Shown: piece by piece, positions 1-14,841 of the stretch
Layout: each line of letters starts with the position of its first letter
Position numbering within the stretch: position 1 is the stretch's first letter
Source: the human T2T-CHM13v2.0 reference genome, Homo sapiens
Length of the DNA: 64,000 nt
Assembly: GCF_009914755.1 (NCBI RefSeq)
Contig: NC_060936.1
Strand: one strand, 5' to 3'
Notes under the pieces: generated by a model
Databases searched by the model: none
The model's input: the letters and a program-made list of their open reading frames with translations, nothing else
What the model was told of the DNA's origin: nothing
Program-made: the position numbers and the translations under genes

Positions 1-641
1 GTGACAGTCTGAAATATGGCCTTGTGGGATGAGAATGACCTGACCATCCCCCAGCCCAACACCCGTAAAGGGTCTGTGCTGAGGTGGATTATTAAAAGAG
101 GAAAGCCTCTTGCAGTTGAGATAGTGGAAGGCTACTGTCTCCTGCCTGCCCTGGGAACTGAATGTCTTGGTATAAAACCCGATTGTACATTTGTTCAGTT
201 CTGAGATAGGAGAAAAACCACCCTATGGCAGGAGGCGAGACATGCTGGCGGCAATGCTGCTTTGTTATTCTTTACTCCACTGAGATGTTTGGGCGGAGAG
301 AAACATAAATCTGGCCTACTTGCACATCCAGGCATAGTACCTCCCCTTGAACTTAATTGTGACACAGATTCCTTTGCTCACATGTTTTCTTGCTGACCTT
401 CTCCCTATTATCACCCTGCTCTCCTACTGCATTCCTCTTGCTGAGATAGTGAAAATAATAATAAAAACTGAGGGAACTCAGAGACCGGTGCTGGTGCAGG
501 TCCTTATTATGGTGAGCGTCGGTCCCCTGGGCCCACTTTTCTTTCTCTATACTTTGTCTCTGTGTCTTATTTCTTTTCTCAGTCTCTCGTCCCACCTGAC
601 GAGATATACCCACAGGTGTGGAGGGGCAGGCCACCCCTTCA
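1..641 (+). mobile_element. HERV-K(HML-2) LTR, LTR5A-like; 5' part lies outside the window; solo or 3' LTR
   Basis: Matches recalled LTR5 sequence (CCCCCAGCCCAACACCCGTAAAGGGTCTGTGCTGAGG; TATAAAA at 171; AATAAA at 460; end GAGGGGCAGGCCACCCCTTCA at 641). No PBS follows; Alu sequence resumes directly. Confidence 0.88.
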
Positions 642-885
642 TGAGATGGGAGAATTGCTTGAGGCCAGGAGTTCACAACTAGCCTTGGTAACGTAGCAAG
701 ACTTTATTTTAAAAATTAAAAATTAGCCAGATGTGGTGGCATGCACCTGTAGTCCTAGCTATTCAGGAGGCTGAGGTGAGAGGATCACTTGAGCCCAGGA
801 GGTTGAGCCAGCAGTGAGCTATGATTGCACCACTGCACTCTAGCCTGGGTGACAGAGCAAGATGCTGTCTCTGAAAAATAAAAAC
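642..885 (+). mobile_element. AluJ-like element, 5' end interrupted by the LTR
   Basis: Alu left-arm remainder, linker, right arm and A tail. Confidence 0.85.
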
Positions 886-886
886 A

Positions 887-1520
<634 letters not shown>

Positions 1521-2511
1521 TTAAATAACCACAGCTTGAAAATAGCAACCCGAGTTTCTATGAGGAAAAATGGGCAGTTTTCTCACTGAATTTTTAACAC
1601 AGTCTATGCCAAATTTAGTACTTATTGCTGCAACCCATATTCTCATCTTGACCATAAGCAGGTTGGATGGGTTATATCTGGTGGATTGTGCTTTTATTTG
1701 GGGAGTTGGGAGTGTAGGCAGATACCTAACATGTATGGTGTATTTTTTCTTTTATTCATACAGAAATCTTATGTTAGTAGGTACATATCTCTATTCTATA
1801 GTAGAGTGAGGGCTCAGGAGTTATTAATTTCTTAAGGACATAGCTACCCCTCACTATACCATTCTTCTCATTCCTACTTTTCTAGCATCTCAAAACATAA
1901 ATCCTCAGAAATTAAAAACTTGACAAGTTGCTGTTTCCATCTGTTCTCTCCAGTTAGAAGTTCTCTTCACAGATATCATACCCTTTCTCTTAGCCATAAC
2001 GGTTGTTACATCTGTTACCTGCTTTACTTCTTTTCATTCTGCCTTTTATACTTTTTGGCTTTTTAGGAAGAGTAGATATCACCTAGCGGTATATACTGGG
2101 TGTCTGGGGGGCAGCTGCTTCCCTGCCTCAGGAGGAAAAAAACAGCTTCTTTGTGACAACTTGTATCTTTGGAACTTTCCCAGAAGTCTGAGGGTTCTGG
2201 GATTCTGGATTTTGAATAGCAAAGACCAATTGGATTATGGTTCTGTCTTAAACATATCAAGGGTGCTTTACCCACCTGGAACACTGCCTTGGTTTTCATG
2301 TCAGGTAATAGATGAAAGAAGAGTAAATAGTACCTGCCTATCAAAGTCACTACAAAAATTCAAATTATTATATATGAAATATTTTCTCTGAAATATACTG
2401 CTATCTGAATATAAGTTACAACATAGAGTTTTGTGCTACATGTTAAAAGTTTTAGTGGAAAACAACCATGTTGAATTTTTAACTACTTTTGTCTGATAGT
2501 TTCATGTAGAT

Positions 2512-2715
2512 CAAGCTTGATCTACATGCAACTGTGGCCCAGGATGGCTTTGAATACAGCCCAACACAAATTCCTAAACTTTCTTAAAACATTACGTGAT
2601 TTTTTCCTTTTTTTTTTTTTTAAGCTCATCAGCTATTCTTAGTGTTAGTGTATTCTATGTGTGGTCCAAGACAATTCTAACGTGGCCCAGGGAAGCCAAA
2701 GATTGGATGCCCCTG
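2512..2715 (-). mobile_element. MER30-like hAT-Charlie DNA transposon
   Basis: Ends CAAGCTTG ... GATTGGATGCCCCTG; 8-bp TSD ATGTAGAT/ATGTAAAT. Confidence 0.8.
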
Positions 2716-2754
2716 ATGTAAATGTTTGCATTTTTTTTTTCACAGACCGTGAAG

Positions 2755-2900
2755 TTTTTTTTTTTTTTTTTGTATATAAAAATAGAGATGGGGTCTTGCT
2801 ATGTTGCCCAGCCTGGTTTCAAACTCCTGGTCTCAAATGATCCTTCCACCTTGGCCTCCTAAAGTGCTGTGATTACAGGCGTGAGCCACTGTGCCTAGCC
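2755..2900 (-). mobile_element. Alu monomer (FLAM-like)
   Basis: PolyT followed by reverse-complement left arm. Confidence 0.8.
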
Positions 2901-3164
2901 AGACTATAAAATCTTAAAATGGAATCAAAATATCACAATTTTAGATCCATAGTTATTTTACATATTCAGAAGGTAGCGCCCTCTTTGATTTGCCCAAGGT
3001 CACATGGTAGCTGTGGGGAGCTTTATGAGCTAGATTTCCTGATTTGGTGAACTCTTTGATGTAACATTATGGCTGCCCATATGTTGGGATACTTTTTCAG
3101 AGTTTGTTAGTTTCAAATGATAGGTTTTCGAATGTGCAGAGAGAATGACAATAAGTTATAGTAG

Positions 3165-3524
<360 letters not shown>

Positions 3525-3869
3525 TAATTTTCTCTTAAATAGGTATGCCCCCTCACCCCCTGGAAAAAAAAACAACTTTCTTGGATATATTTGTGTTTGT
3601 ATATGTGTTTTCTTCTTCTAACTAGCTTTTAAAAAAACCTTCTATTACTGAGTAATAATAAAAGTATTACTTATAATACCTTTTTAACCTTATATATGGA
3701 CACGGCTTTGGAATGAGCTGTTTAAGCTTCCTCAATGGCTGTAGAATATACTTCATATAGATATATTGCTATAATATTCCAGTAAATGTAGATGGCTAGC
3801 CAGTAGTTTGATGAATTTAACAAGGTGTAGAAAAACATCAAATGACCTTTTCAGTTAAAAAAATGTCTA

Positions 3870-4197
<328 letters not shown>

Positions 4198-5504
4198 TTA
4201 TTAATGACTTTGAGCAGGTCACCATCATTCAGTTTTTTAGTTTATGAGTTGGGATAATAAAGCCTCTCTAATCACCTTCATGGAATTCTATTTAATTAAA
4301 GTACTTCTTTTGGTTCATAGATAAAAGCACTTTATAAATGGTAGTGCCCCATAAGTTCAGTGCCCAGCACTGTCATCCACAAGAGGTATATTTGGAATCA
4401 GTGATGTGACTTTAGAGAAGTAAAGCTTAGTAATAGAAGGTTTTTTAAGAAGAGATGGTTATGCAACTAAGCATGGCAGGGCAAAGCTGATGAAAATGTA
4501 TACCAAGGAAGTAGAATGGAATCAGAGAATTACCTTAACGGCCCTAAGGAAATAATTTTTAAATTTGTGCTTGACAATTCATATCTTATTTACAAAATAA
4601 GGCTTTAAACAGTACTGGGGGAATTATATCTGATCCAGAAAAGACATTTTACTTTCTTCATTTTTATATTGAGCCCATTGGCTGATTGATTTTCAGATAT
4701 GTTTTAGTATAATAGATTCACATCAGTGAATATGGAAAAGAAAGAAACACTAAGGTACCAAGCATTATTGTGGATACTTCCAGATCTATTACCTCCTTCA
4801 ATTCTCACAACTGCTTTGCAAAGTGAGCATTATTAACCCCTATTTTGTAAATGAAGAAACCAAGGCTCATGGTGTCGTAAGTTAGGTGTATAAAGTCATC
4901 TACCTAGCAAGTCATTAAACTGCGATTCAAAGCCAGGTCTGTATATAACTGCAAAGTCCATACCTTGTTTAGTATTGTGTGCAGTTAGATAAAGGAACTA
5001 GTAGTAGGATCAAAAAATGAAATTTAAGTTTAAAAATTTTGTGTAAGGAGTAGGATTTATGTAACTCACTGTACACTGTAATAATAGCATATCTGTACGT
5101 TTCTGTTGTATTAGGAGTTTGCTTTACTGAAATTTAGACATTACTTATTTCATTAAATATGCTTAAAGGCACAAAGTTGAAATCAGTATGATGTCTTTTA
5201 TATTCTAAATATAATTATTATATGAGTTAATTGTCAGTGTCTTTTGCTTTGTTACTTAGATGAATTTCTAGAGTCTTATGTAAATGAAATTAAGAATTAG
5301 ATCTGGTCTATATGTCCCAAAGGAATTGCTACTTAAAGTAATTCCATGTTGAATATTTTTGAAGGAGGAAATAAAGAATGTACCTGTTCTCCATAGAAAT
5401 TTGGAGGCTTATATGATTTTAAATGTAAGTGGAGTGTACTTCTTGGTGTATTTGAAGTTTAAAAGCCCTTGAGAATTGTAACAGAAATGTTCTATTTTTA
5501 TTAG

Positions 5505-5624
5505 GTGTTAGACAAACCCAGTAGGCTAACTGAAAAGGAACTTGCTGAGGCTGCAAGCAAGTGGGCTGCTGAAAAGCTAGAGAAATCAGATGAAAGTAAC
5601 TTGCCTGAAATTTCTGAGTATGAG
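5505..5624 (+). CDS. PPHLN1: Periphilin-1 internal coding exon (40 codons, phase 0/0)
   Basis: TTTTTATTAG acceptor and GAG|GTAAGG donor; 120 nt encode VLDKPSRLTEKELAEAASKWAAEKLEKSDESNLPEISEYE, recognised as periphilin. Confidence 0.95.
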
Positions 5625-8474
5625 GTAAGGCATAATGTCTCCTTTATGTTTCACATCTGAAAGTTTTGTCTGGATTTTAAATTATGGGCGAAAAATATTT
5701 GGTTTATTCCTGTACTTCAAAATATATCCTTATGGATTACAGGTATTAAAATTACCACACAGAATGATAGTCAGAATATGAATGACTCTGAATTCAGTAA
5801 TCACGCTTTGTCTGAATGTTTCCTGTAGTTTTGGTGTGTAAGAATAGTATAAATATGGAGTATAAGAAAAATGCGTTATTTATATACTTCTTTTAATGGG
5901 CTTTGCTGTTAAAAGTATCTCAGGAAATCATGCTAAGCCACTAGTTATAAACCAGTGAATTCAGAACAGAAATCTAATTTGACCTTGGATTGTGGACCAT
6001 ATTTATATTGCTTGTTATACTTCATGCAGATTATCTCATAAATATCCCAAGAAATAAAATTATTCATTGTCTGGGCAACCCGAGACCTTGATGAGTCTTG
6101 AATACCGAAAGATGGGAACATTTTTGGGACCATAGAAAAAGGTTTATGACACGTTTGTATTAACATATTTTGAAATGAACTGAAAAATTTCTGTATAAAC
6201 TGTAACATCTCTAAAAGGGAAATATAGAAATTCTGTGGTCACAATTAAGCTTTTAGATTCAGGATTTGATACTATAGGAATTCTTTGACATGACAGGTAG
6301 AGAATATAAAAATCCGTCCCGTGACAAATTATTTTTATTTGAAGGAGCATTCTGGCTTTTTGATTTACTTTTGGAATGACTTTTATAGAATGTTCTTTGA
6401 TAAAAGGGATCAAGCATTGATATTGTATGTAAAAATAATACTTAACTACATCTTTATACAGTGAAAAGATCCTTTCCAAAGTAACTAATGTACACTGCTC
6501 ATAAAAAGTATAAACCCTATCAGAACTTACGCAAATAGAGCCTTTCTTTTTAAAAATGCTGATCTGTCTTTTAGATATCGATTGTTCTTAAGTGGGTCAA
6601 GGTTTCCTCCTTATTGTAGCTATAATAATAGATATTTATGCATATTCTCCAGTAAATGTATCAAAAACACCAAGCTGTTCCTTCTTGGTACTTTTCCAGC
6701 ACTATTTAAAAGCATGAACAATACTTTTCAGTAATACATTTAATTGGATTATTTTGGTTATTTTCTCTAATAATTTAGAATAATGTTTCTACATTAATCA
6801 TTGATATTTATGCTTCAAAATTGCTGCTTTGGAATATTGGTAGTTTGTTTTATGGAACCAAAAACTTTCAAAAAGAATAATTTCTTAATACTTCATCTCC
6901 AATTAACAAGGCTTTATTAATTTATGAACATTAATAGTATATTTATCCTCCCTTCTCCCATCATTTTTTATCTCAGGTTTTTATAAAAGCTCACTACTGT
7001 TCTCAAATTTAAATATTCTGCTTGGGTTCTCTCATTTCTTGAATGCATCTTGACACTGAATAATCCATGAGTGACTTCGGATCTAGAAAGACTTTTTAAA
7101 CATCTTTTTTTTCCTCTAAAATTTGCTCAGAATTCGCTAGATTTCAAATTAATGAAAAGTAAATAACCCTAAAAAAAATCTGTAAGTTGAGTCATAGGTC
7201 AGACGTGTTCTTTTGTTGGATCAAAGGCAAGATATGTGAGAGTAGCACTGATAACCATAATATGTTTATTTCTGTATGTCATTAATGTTGAACAGCAGCA
7301 TCAATTTCATCCCATTCTCTAAAATATTTTTCTACTTAGATTGATACTTTTTCGTACTGGAAATCATTTGGGAAATTTTTGAGATAATTTTTGTAAACTT
7401 AGTCCCATATCATATTAATATTTTTCTCTTATTAATACTTTAGCTTATTAATATTTTGCTAATTTGTTCTCAGGCTATTGTTAAATAGTTACTCATTTCA
7501 GTGGTCCGTGCTTTTTGAGAAATATAATTTTGGCCTTGGTCCTGTAAACTGATATCTAATTTGACAGAATAGCCTGGAAAGAAGAAAGGCCTTTGATGCC
7601 AAGCAAGAGTTTGGCAAAGTACTGTGTATGTGTGTGTGTGCATGTGCGTGTCTGTTTAAATCTAATTGTGGCAATATTTTATTTTATATGAGCCTTTTAA
7701 GTAATGGTTCATGTACTTCAGAAACATTGTGTAAATTTCATTATTATGAGCTGAGATAGATAGAATGAATGCTTAAGTTTCCACCTTGTCTTCACTTGCT
7801 GCCCTCATTATAGTTCTAAGCAATTTGTTTGGGAAAACGTGTAGTTCATAGAAAGTCCAGTGAAATTGAAGGTAAATTCAATAATATACTTAAATATTCA
7901 GGCATGTTGTGGTTCCTGCCACTTTTCAGTTTTATACTTTCATCTTCTGGGCTCTACTACAGCATTTCCCAAGGTATTTGACAGCATATCTGAAGGGTCT
8001 TAATGGTCTGAGGAAGAAAAAAAAAGATTCTAGTAGCCAGTTTATTTGAGATGCTAAGTTTAAAAGAGTTAGGTTGGTTTTGATATTTCAGCACTTTTTA
8101 GAGATTTTAATTTATTATTAATATGTTCATCGGTGTTCAGTAAGAGGATAATAAAAGAGTTTGCATAATTTACCAAACTTTTGACTATGTAATTTTTTTC
8201 ACAGCATGTATTTCAGGATTAGTGTTTTAAGGCACACTTAAAAAATACTGTACTAGTTTTCTTATAGTTTATTTAAATTCACTAAATATGCATTGTATAT
8301 CCACTTGTGTCAGACATTGCTTTTGAGGTACCATCCTAGCCATCAAGAAGGTTGCAGTCAAGTTTTGTAGAGATATAATTTGCTGTCCTTAAACAAATAG
8401 CTGTGAGAGTTTTCTTTTGGTTGTCAGAATGAAAAGAAAATTGTTTGAAGGATATTAGAATGTCCTGGTAGATG

Positions 8475-8967
8475 AGACCTAGGCAGGAAGATTGTTTGAG
8501 GCCAGGAGTTGCAGACCAGCCTGGGCAATGTAGTAAGGTCTTGTCACTACAAAAAAAAAAAGCTGGGTGTGGTGGCCGCTTAGTCCCAGCTACTCAGGAG
8601 ACTAAGGTGGGAGGATCACTTGAGCCCAGGAATTGAAGTTTGCAGTGAGCTGTGATCACACCATGGCCCTCCAGGCTGGGTGACAGAGCAAGACCCTGTC
8701 TCAGAAAAAAAAGAAATGGGGACAGCGGGGCAGGTATGCTGGCTTACACCTGCAAAAATAGTGGGACCCCATCTGTACAAAAAAAAAAAAAATCCACAAA
8801 AAATTAGCTGGGCATGGTGGCATGTGCCTGTAGTTCTAGCTGTTCAGGAGGCTGAGGTGAGAGGATCTTGCTTCTGGATGATTGAGGCTGCAGTGAGCTG
8901 TGACTGCATCACTGCACTCCAGCCTGGGTGGCAGAGCAAGACCTAGTCTCAAAAAAAAAAAAAAAAA
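8475..8967 (+). mobile_element. Two degenerate AluJ-like elements in tandem
   Basis: Alu arms and A tails with internal deletions. Confidence 0.8.
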
Positions 8968-9446
8968 GTCTCAGTAGAACAGGTCACTTCCTGCTGTAGA
9001 GGAAAAATTTAAAATTTACGACTTATGTTGTTTTCACATATAGGGTGTTATTTTTGGCTTCAATGTCTGTGCTTATTCTGTCCCTAGTCTAGAATGACCA
9101 TCTTCCATGGCTCTCTTTCAAATTTATACTCATTCAGTGGAATCACTAGTGTTGGAGATAATACAACTCAAGATCTTGATTCCACTTTTCTACCTACTAT
9201 AACATTTTATGCCACTTTATATTTCATTGATGACCTTAATTTTTTTGCCTAGTGATATATGTTGAATGTATCTCAAACACTTGCTTTGTTTTCTGTACAG
9301 TACCTCGGACATATATATCTAATTGAAATACATTTAATTACTAATGAGCTCTTTTAAATTAACTGTCAGTTTTTTTTCCCCTTTTTCACTTGCTTTTTGT
9401 TTCTGAAAGCTCCTGTCTTCTCTGTTGTACTTTCTTTGCTCACCAG

Positions 9447-9510
9447 TTTACACATTGTGTATAGGCCTATGTCTTAGTTTTACATATTGTGTATAGGCCT
9501 ATGTCTTAGT
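9447..9510. repeat. 32-bp tandem duplication next to a MaLR LTR fragment
   Basis: TTTACA(C/T)ATTGTGTATAGGCCTATGTCTTAGT x2. Confidence 0.9.
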
Positions 9511-9659
9511 TTTGTGTTGCAGTAACAGAACACCAGTGACTGGGCAATTTACAAAGAATGTTGCTAGTGGAATTCTTTTCTTAAATGATTTTTATGCTTT
9601 TGGTATAAGTCCCTTAACATATGTAACTCAAACTTCTTTAAAAAAAAAACTAGGGTTGT

Positions 9660-9890
9660 TTGTTTTTTGAGACAGTGTCTGGCTCTGTCGCCAGGCTGGA
9701 GTGCAGTGGCGCTGGTGTGATTTTGGCTCACTGCAACCTCTGCCTCCCGGGTTCAAGTGATTCTCTTGCTGGGATTACAGGCACCTGCCACCACACCCAG
9801 CTAATTTTTGTATTTTTGGTAGAGACGGGTTTTCACCATGTTGGCCAGTATGGTCTTGATCTCTTGACCTCGTGATCCGCCTGCCTCGGG
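9660..9890 (-). mobile_element. AluS, partial
   Basis: Reverse Alu lacking its 5' end. Confidence 0.85.
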
Positions 9891-10459
9891 TTTTTTTTTT
9901 TTTGGTAGATCATACATGTATGTGTCAGAAATTCAAATGACACCAAAGTATTTACAATGTGGCTCTTCTTTGCTACTTCTTCTAAGTTGTTACTATTGAG
10001 ACAACTCCTTTGATAATTTTTTCTGTAGTGTCCTTCCAGAGACAGTCTATGCATATATGTATTCCAATACTTAATCTCCCACCTGACCGTTTTAGACATA
10101 ATTCACAGTATATTTATTCATTTTTAATTATTGGTCTAAAACTGAAGTGATCATTATTGATTTGTGGGGTTTTCTTTTTAATGATTTCAGTGAATTATTA
10201 GGCTACAGGAGCAAGGTGATTTAACTTCTAAAAATACAGCCTTTTCTCATATTCCCTTTAAATATATTTCTTTATTTGTGTACAACACCTCTCACTTCCA
10301 TTTGGACTTTTTCTCCTCAGTATTTCGTAAACTGATCACTTAAGGAATAGTCAAGGGACAATAATTTTTTATCTGTATCTTAATATAATGTGAAATAATA
10401 TTTTGGAATCGAATAGGCCTAGAGGCTTTGTCTTACCTAAAATTTAAAAAGTAACAGCC

Positions 10460-10574
10460 TCACTTGCTTCGGCAGCACATGCACTAAAAATTGGAATGAA
10501 ACAGAAGATTAGCGTGGCCCCTGCACAAGGATGGCACGCAAATTCATGAAGTGTTCCATATTAAAAAAAAAAAA
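10460..10574 (+). pseudogene. U6 snRNA retropseudogene
   Basis: GCTTCGGCAGCACAT...ATTGGAA...AGAAGATTAGCGTGGCCCCTGCACAAGGATG...GTTCCATATT plus A12 tail; TSD AAAAAGTAACAGC/AAAAAGTAGCAGT; ACAGAGA box damaged. Confidence 0.95.
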
Positions 10575-10767
10575 GTAGCAGTCATTTCTTCTTTAATCCA
10601 TTTCACATATGCTCATTATGCATAGTGAAATGGAGAGAGTTTTCTTTTCTTAAAACATGTTAAATCTAGCACTTAATATAATTTGCCAGTTAGTGCCTAT
10701 ACACAACCATCTGAACTGCTCTATGTTTTTTAAGAAAATAATTAAAGATTTCTAATTCCTTTTCAAG

Positions 10768-10908
10768 GCGGGATCCACAGCACCATTGTTTACTGACCAG
10801 CCAGAGGAACCTGAGTCAAACACAACACATGGGATAGAATTATTTGAAGATAGTCAGCTAACCACTCGCTCTAAAGCAATAGCATCAAAAACCAAAGAGA
10901 TTGAACAG
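10768..10908 (+). CDS. PPHLN1: Periphilin-1 internal coding exon (47 codons, phase 0/0)
   Basis: TTCCTTTTCAAG acceptor and CAG|GTGAGA donor; encodes AGSTAPLFTDQPEEPESNTTHGIELFEDSQLTTRSKAIASKTKEIEQ. Confidence 0.95.
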
Positions 10909-12078
10909 GTGAGAGTCTAGTTGTCTTCATGTACATAATTTTTGTTTGTGTTGCTTTGCACATGTAAACATTTATTGAATAAATATGCTTCATTTCTTTT
11001 TCCACCTGTAACTCTAAAACTACAACTTAAAAAATTATAAAAATTGTTTGAGTTGACTTCACAGTCAGTTTGATCAGTATGGTCCCCCACCTGGATTGTT
11101 TATTTTTAAATAAAAAACAGACTTCTTTTTTACAGAATATTAATATTCTAGTTAGTATGAAGCAATTAAAAATTATTAAAGTTAATAGGGATGGGATGGA
11201 AGAAATGTTCAATGTAGCAAAATGTTAGCAAATGTTATTTTTGAATATTGGGATTACAGATGTTTCTTATGTTTTTTCATTATACTTTAAGGTAGTTTCC
11301 AAATATTAAAGGAAAAATAAAGGATACTATTTAAGTCTAGTTTTTTAGTGAAGTCATTCTGAAAAGCAGGACTTTGTTTTTAATGTGCAACTATTATGGG
11401 GTTATTTTCATTTTATGAGGATTAAATGAAGTAAATGTGAAAGGGTTTTATAAAATGTAACATTTTGTACAGGTGCTTATTGATGTTGTTACTCTCTAGT
11501 GCGTTGAATAAATGTAATTACATTGATAATAATATTCTAAAACCTATTGGAAATTAAGAACAAAGTGAAAACTTTTCTCTAGGTGCTGTCCGATTTCTAC
11601 ATCAATTAAATCCGTTTCCTTTTGTTGGATAGGGAATGGTCTCAAATCCTAGATGTGACCGTGTAGCTTATGTTAATGTCACACTAATGTGAAAAGATAA
11701 GAACCAGAATAGGAAATTTGTCGTGCAAACCATTGGAGTTTCAAAATGAAGGTGGTGAGCAGTATCAGATGCTTAGAGGAATATAAGGAAAATGGAGACT
11801 GAGAAAATTCTGTTTAATTTGGTGATTGGGAGGCAGTTGGTACCTTTCAAGATACCAATTAAATGAGAGCATAAGTAAAAGGTTTGCTCAGTATATCTAT
11901 CTTTAACACAAAGATGAATGTCTTTATTTTATATAAAATTACTGTCCTTTTTTTTCTTGACATGTTTTTATTTCCTTTTCTCCCCTTACCATAATGGATG
12001 CTCTGTGAAAACAAGGGCTTTGTTTTATCTTGTTTTATTTACTGCTACATCTGCCATCACCGAGAACAGTATGTGTAG

Positions 12079-12509
<431 letters not shown>

Positions 12510-12674
12510 TCAAACTCTTGGCCTCAAGTGATCCTCCTCTCTGAGCCTCCCAAAGTGCTGGAATTATAGGTGTGAGCCACTGTGCTAAGATGCAGTTCTT
12601 AAAAGGAGAGGTTCTCTTAAGAATGTAACTGGTAGAAAAACTTGATTGAAATAACAGGGGAGAGCGAGACCCTG

Positions 12675-12750
<76 letters not shown>
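12675..12750. repeat. Compound (CT)n(CA)n microsatellite
   Basis: Direct reading. Confidence 0.95.
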
Positions 12751-12754
<4 letters not shown>

Positions 12755-13337
12755 ACGCAAGTGGCTATACTCTGTATGCTGTTCGGTATTCTTAGAGATC
12801 ATTCCATATTAGCCCATTATTAATAGATATTTACATCTGTTGTGAACCATGTTTTCAAATACAGTCCCTGATTTCTCCATATTTTTTAAAAGATATGCAT
12901 GTATATTTTTAATGAGTAAAGCATTACATTTAAAATGAACAATTCTGGGAGGTTTTTGGTTTAATATTGTGGATGTCACATGCCAGGTTTGAGAGTAATC
13001 AGAATGTGAGTTTGCAGAGAATCTTAATTTCTTGCTTGTACCAGTCACCGTCAACCGTTCTTAAAAATTGTGTTTGTAAATACAATTAATAAAGCCTAAA
13101 CCAAAACAATTGCAGGGATGTGCCTGAAAATATTTTTTAAATATATTATACTCTTCAAATTACAAAAACTTGCCATCTGTAGAAGGACGAGTCTCTCTCT
13201 TTTTATTTTTATTTGGTAGATAATAAATGAGAAAAGAACAAGTACCATGAATTCGTTTTTAAACCTCTTTGGCTCTTTCAGAACACTCTCCTAATATAAT
13301 GCTGTTTTATGAAAATGTTTATTTTTCTACCTATAAG

Positions 13338-13639
13338 CAGGGGTCCCCAACCCCTGGGCTTGTGGACCGCTACTGGTCTGTGGCCTGTTAGGAACTGGGC
13401 GTCACAGCAGGAGGTGAGTGGCCATGGGGATGGGGGAGGGAGGACAGGGGAGTGAGCATTACCTCCTCAGCTCTACTGCTTGTCAGATCAGTGGTGGCAT
13501 TAGATTGTCACAGAAGCGCAGACCCTATTGTGAACTGCAGACACGAGGGATCTAGGTTGTGTGCCCTCTCACTCCTTCCGTGGAAAAAATTGTCTTCCTC
13601 AAAACTGGTCCCTGTTGCCAAAAAGGTTGGTGTCTGCTG
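13338..13639 (+). mobile_element. MER1B-like hAT-Charlie transposon
   Basis: CAGGGGTCCCCAACC ... AAAAAGGTTGGTGTCTGCTG termini; perfect 8-bp TSD CCTATAAG. Confidence 0.88.
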
Positions 13640-13750
13640 CCTATAAGTATGCTATCTTTTGAAAAAAGAGCTGATTATATATTCATCAGGTAATTTATAG
13701 TTAAAATATAGATAGGAATCATTTTAGTTATAGGGAAGGTACCATTTTGA

Positions 13751-14055
<305 letters not shown>

Positions 14056-14790
14056 CATTCTGAGGTTCTTAAACATAAAGAAATAGAGTAATCAGGGACA
14101 CTTGGGGAAAGGGATTGATTATTTTGGTGTTCTTTTCTTTCTTTTAACTTCAAAACACTTATCCTGAATATTTTTTGTTTCTGTAAAGACAATTTTTATT
14201 ATAGTCATAGCTATGCCAGCGTTGTTATGTGAAACTTTACTTCTTAGCCATTTAGGAACCCCTTTCCTTATTACAATTAGCTAAGAAAAATTGAGTTAAT
14301 TCAGACTTTATTTTGTTGATTGTTATTAGCTTTATTAAGAGTCTGTTGTAAGTCTAAATCTACTTAATATATTTTTTATTTTGAATTCCGTACTATCACC
14401 ATTTGTGCGACTATATGGGCTACTTTACTAGCTTTTCTTCGCTTTTCCCTCCAAATAAAAGGGTTGGGCTGAATAATCTTAGGTCTCTTCCTGATCTAAA
14501 TCATACTGAAAATTAAAAGTTAAATATTACTTTTTCTGTACACAGTTGTGTGTAGTAATTTCATATTTAACTATAGAATTTTAAGTTTTTTTTTTAAACC
14601 TTCTTAAGGACACAGGGCTCTTAAATTAAAATAAGTTTTTAAATAACCTTCGAATATACCACTGTTATGTGTCAGTCAGTAATTAGTATTTGTTGAGTTA
14701 ATGAATTGTGCAGAGCAGGTTTTCTTCCGTAGATAGGGTGTTAGATTTAATTGTAAGTGTTGTAGCTGTGGCCATTTTCTCTTCTTACAG

Positions 14791-14841
14791 TGTCTCATTT
14801 CAGCTACTACTCATTGTCTGATGATTCCCAACACTCACTAG
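14791..14841 (+). CDS. PPHLN1: Candidate alternative terminal coding exon of PPHLN1 (CLISATTHCLMIPNTH*)
   Basis: Strong acceptor CATTTTCTCTTCTTACAG in non-repeat sequence; phase 0 matches the donor at 10908; usage not provable from sequence. Confidence 0.5.
   Translation, partial: CLISATTHCLMIPNTH

Noticed and set aside
10460-10574. Functional U6 gene
   Set aside because: PolyA tail, TSD, damaged ACAGAGA box and no recognisable upstream PSE/TATA
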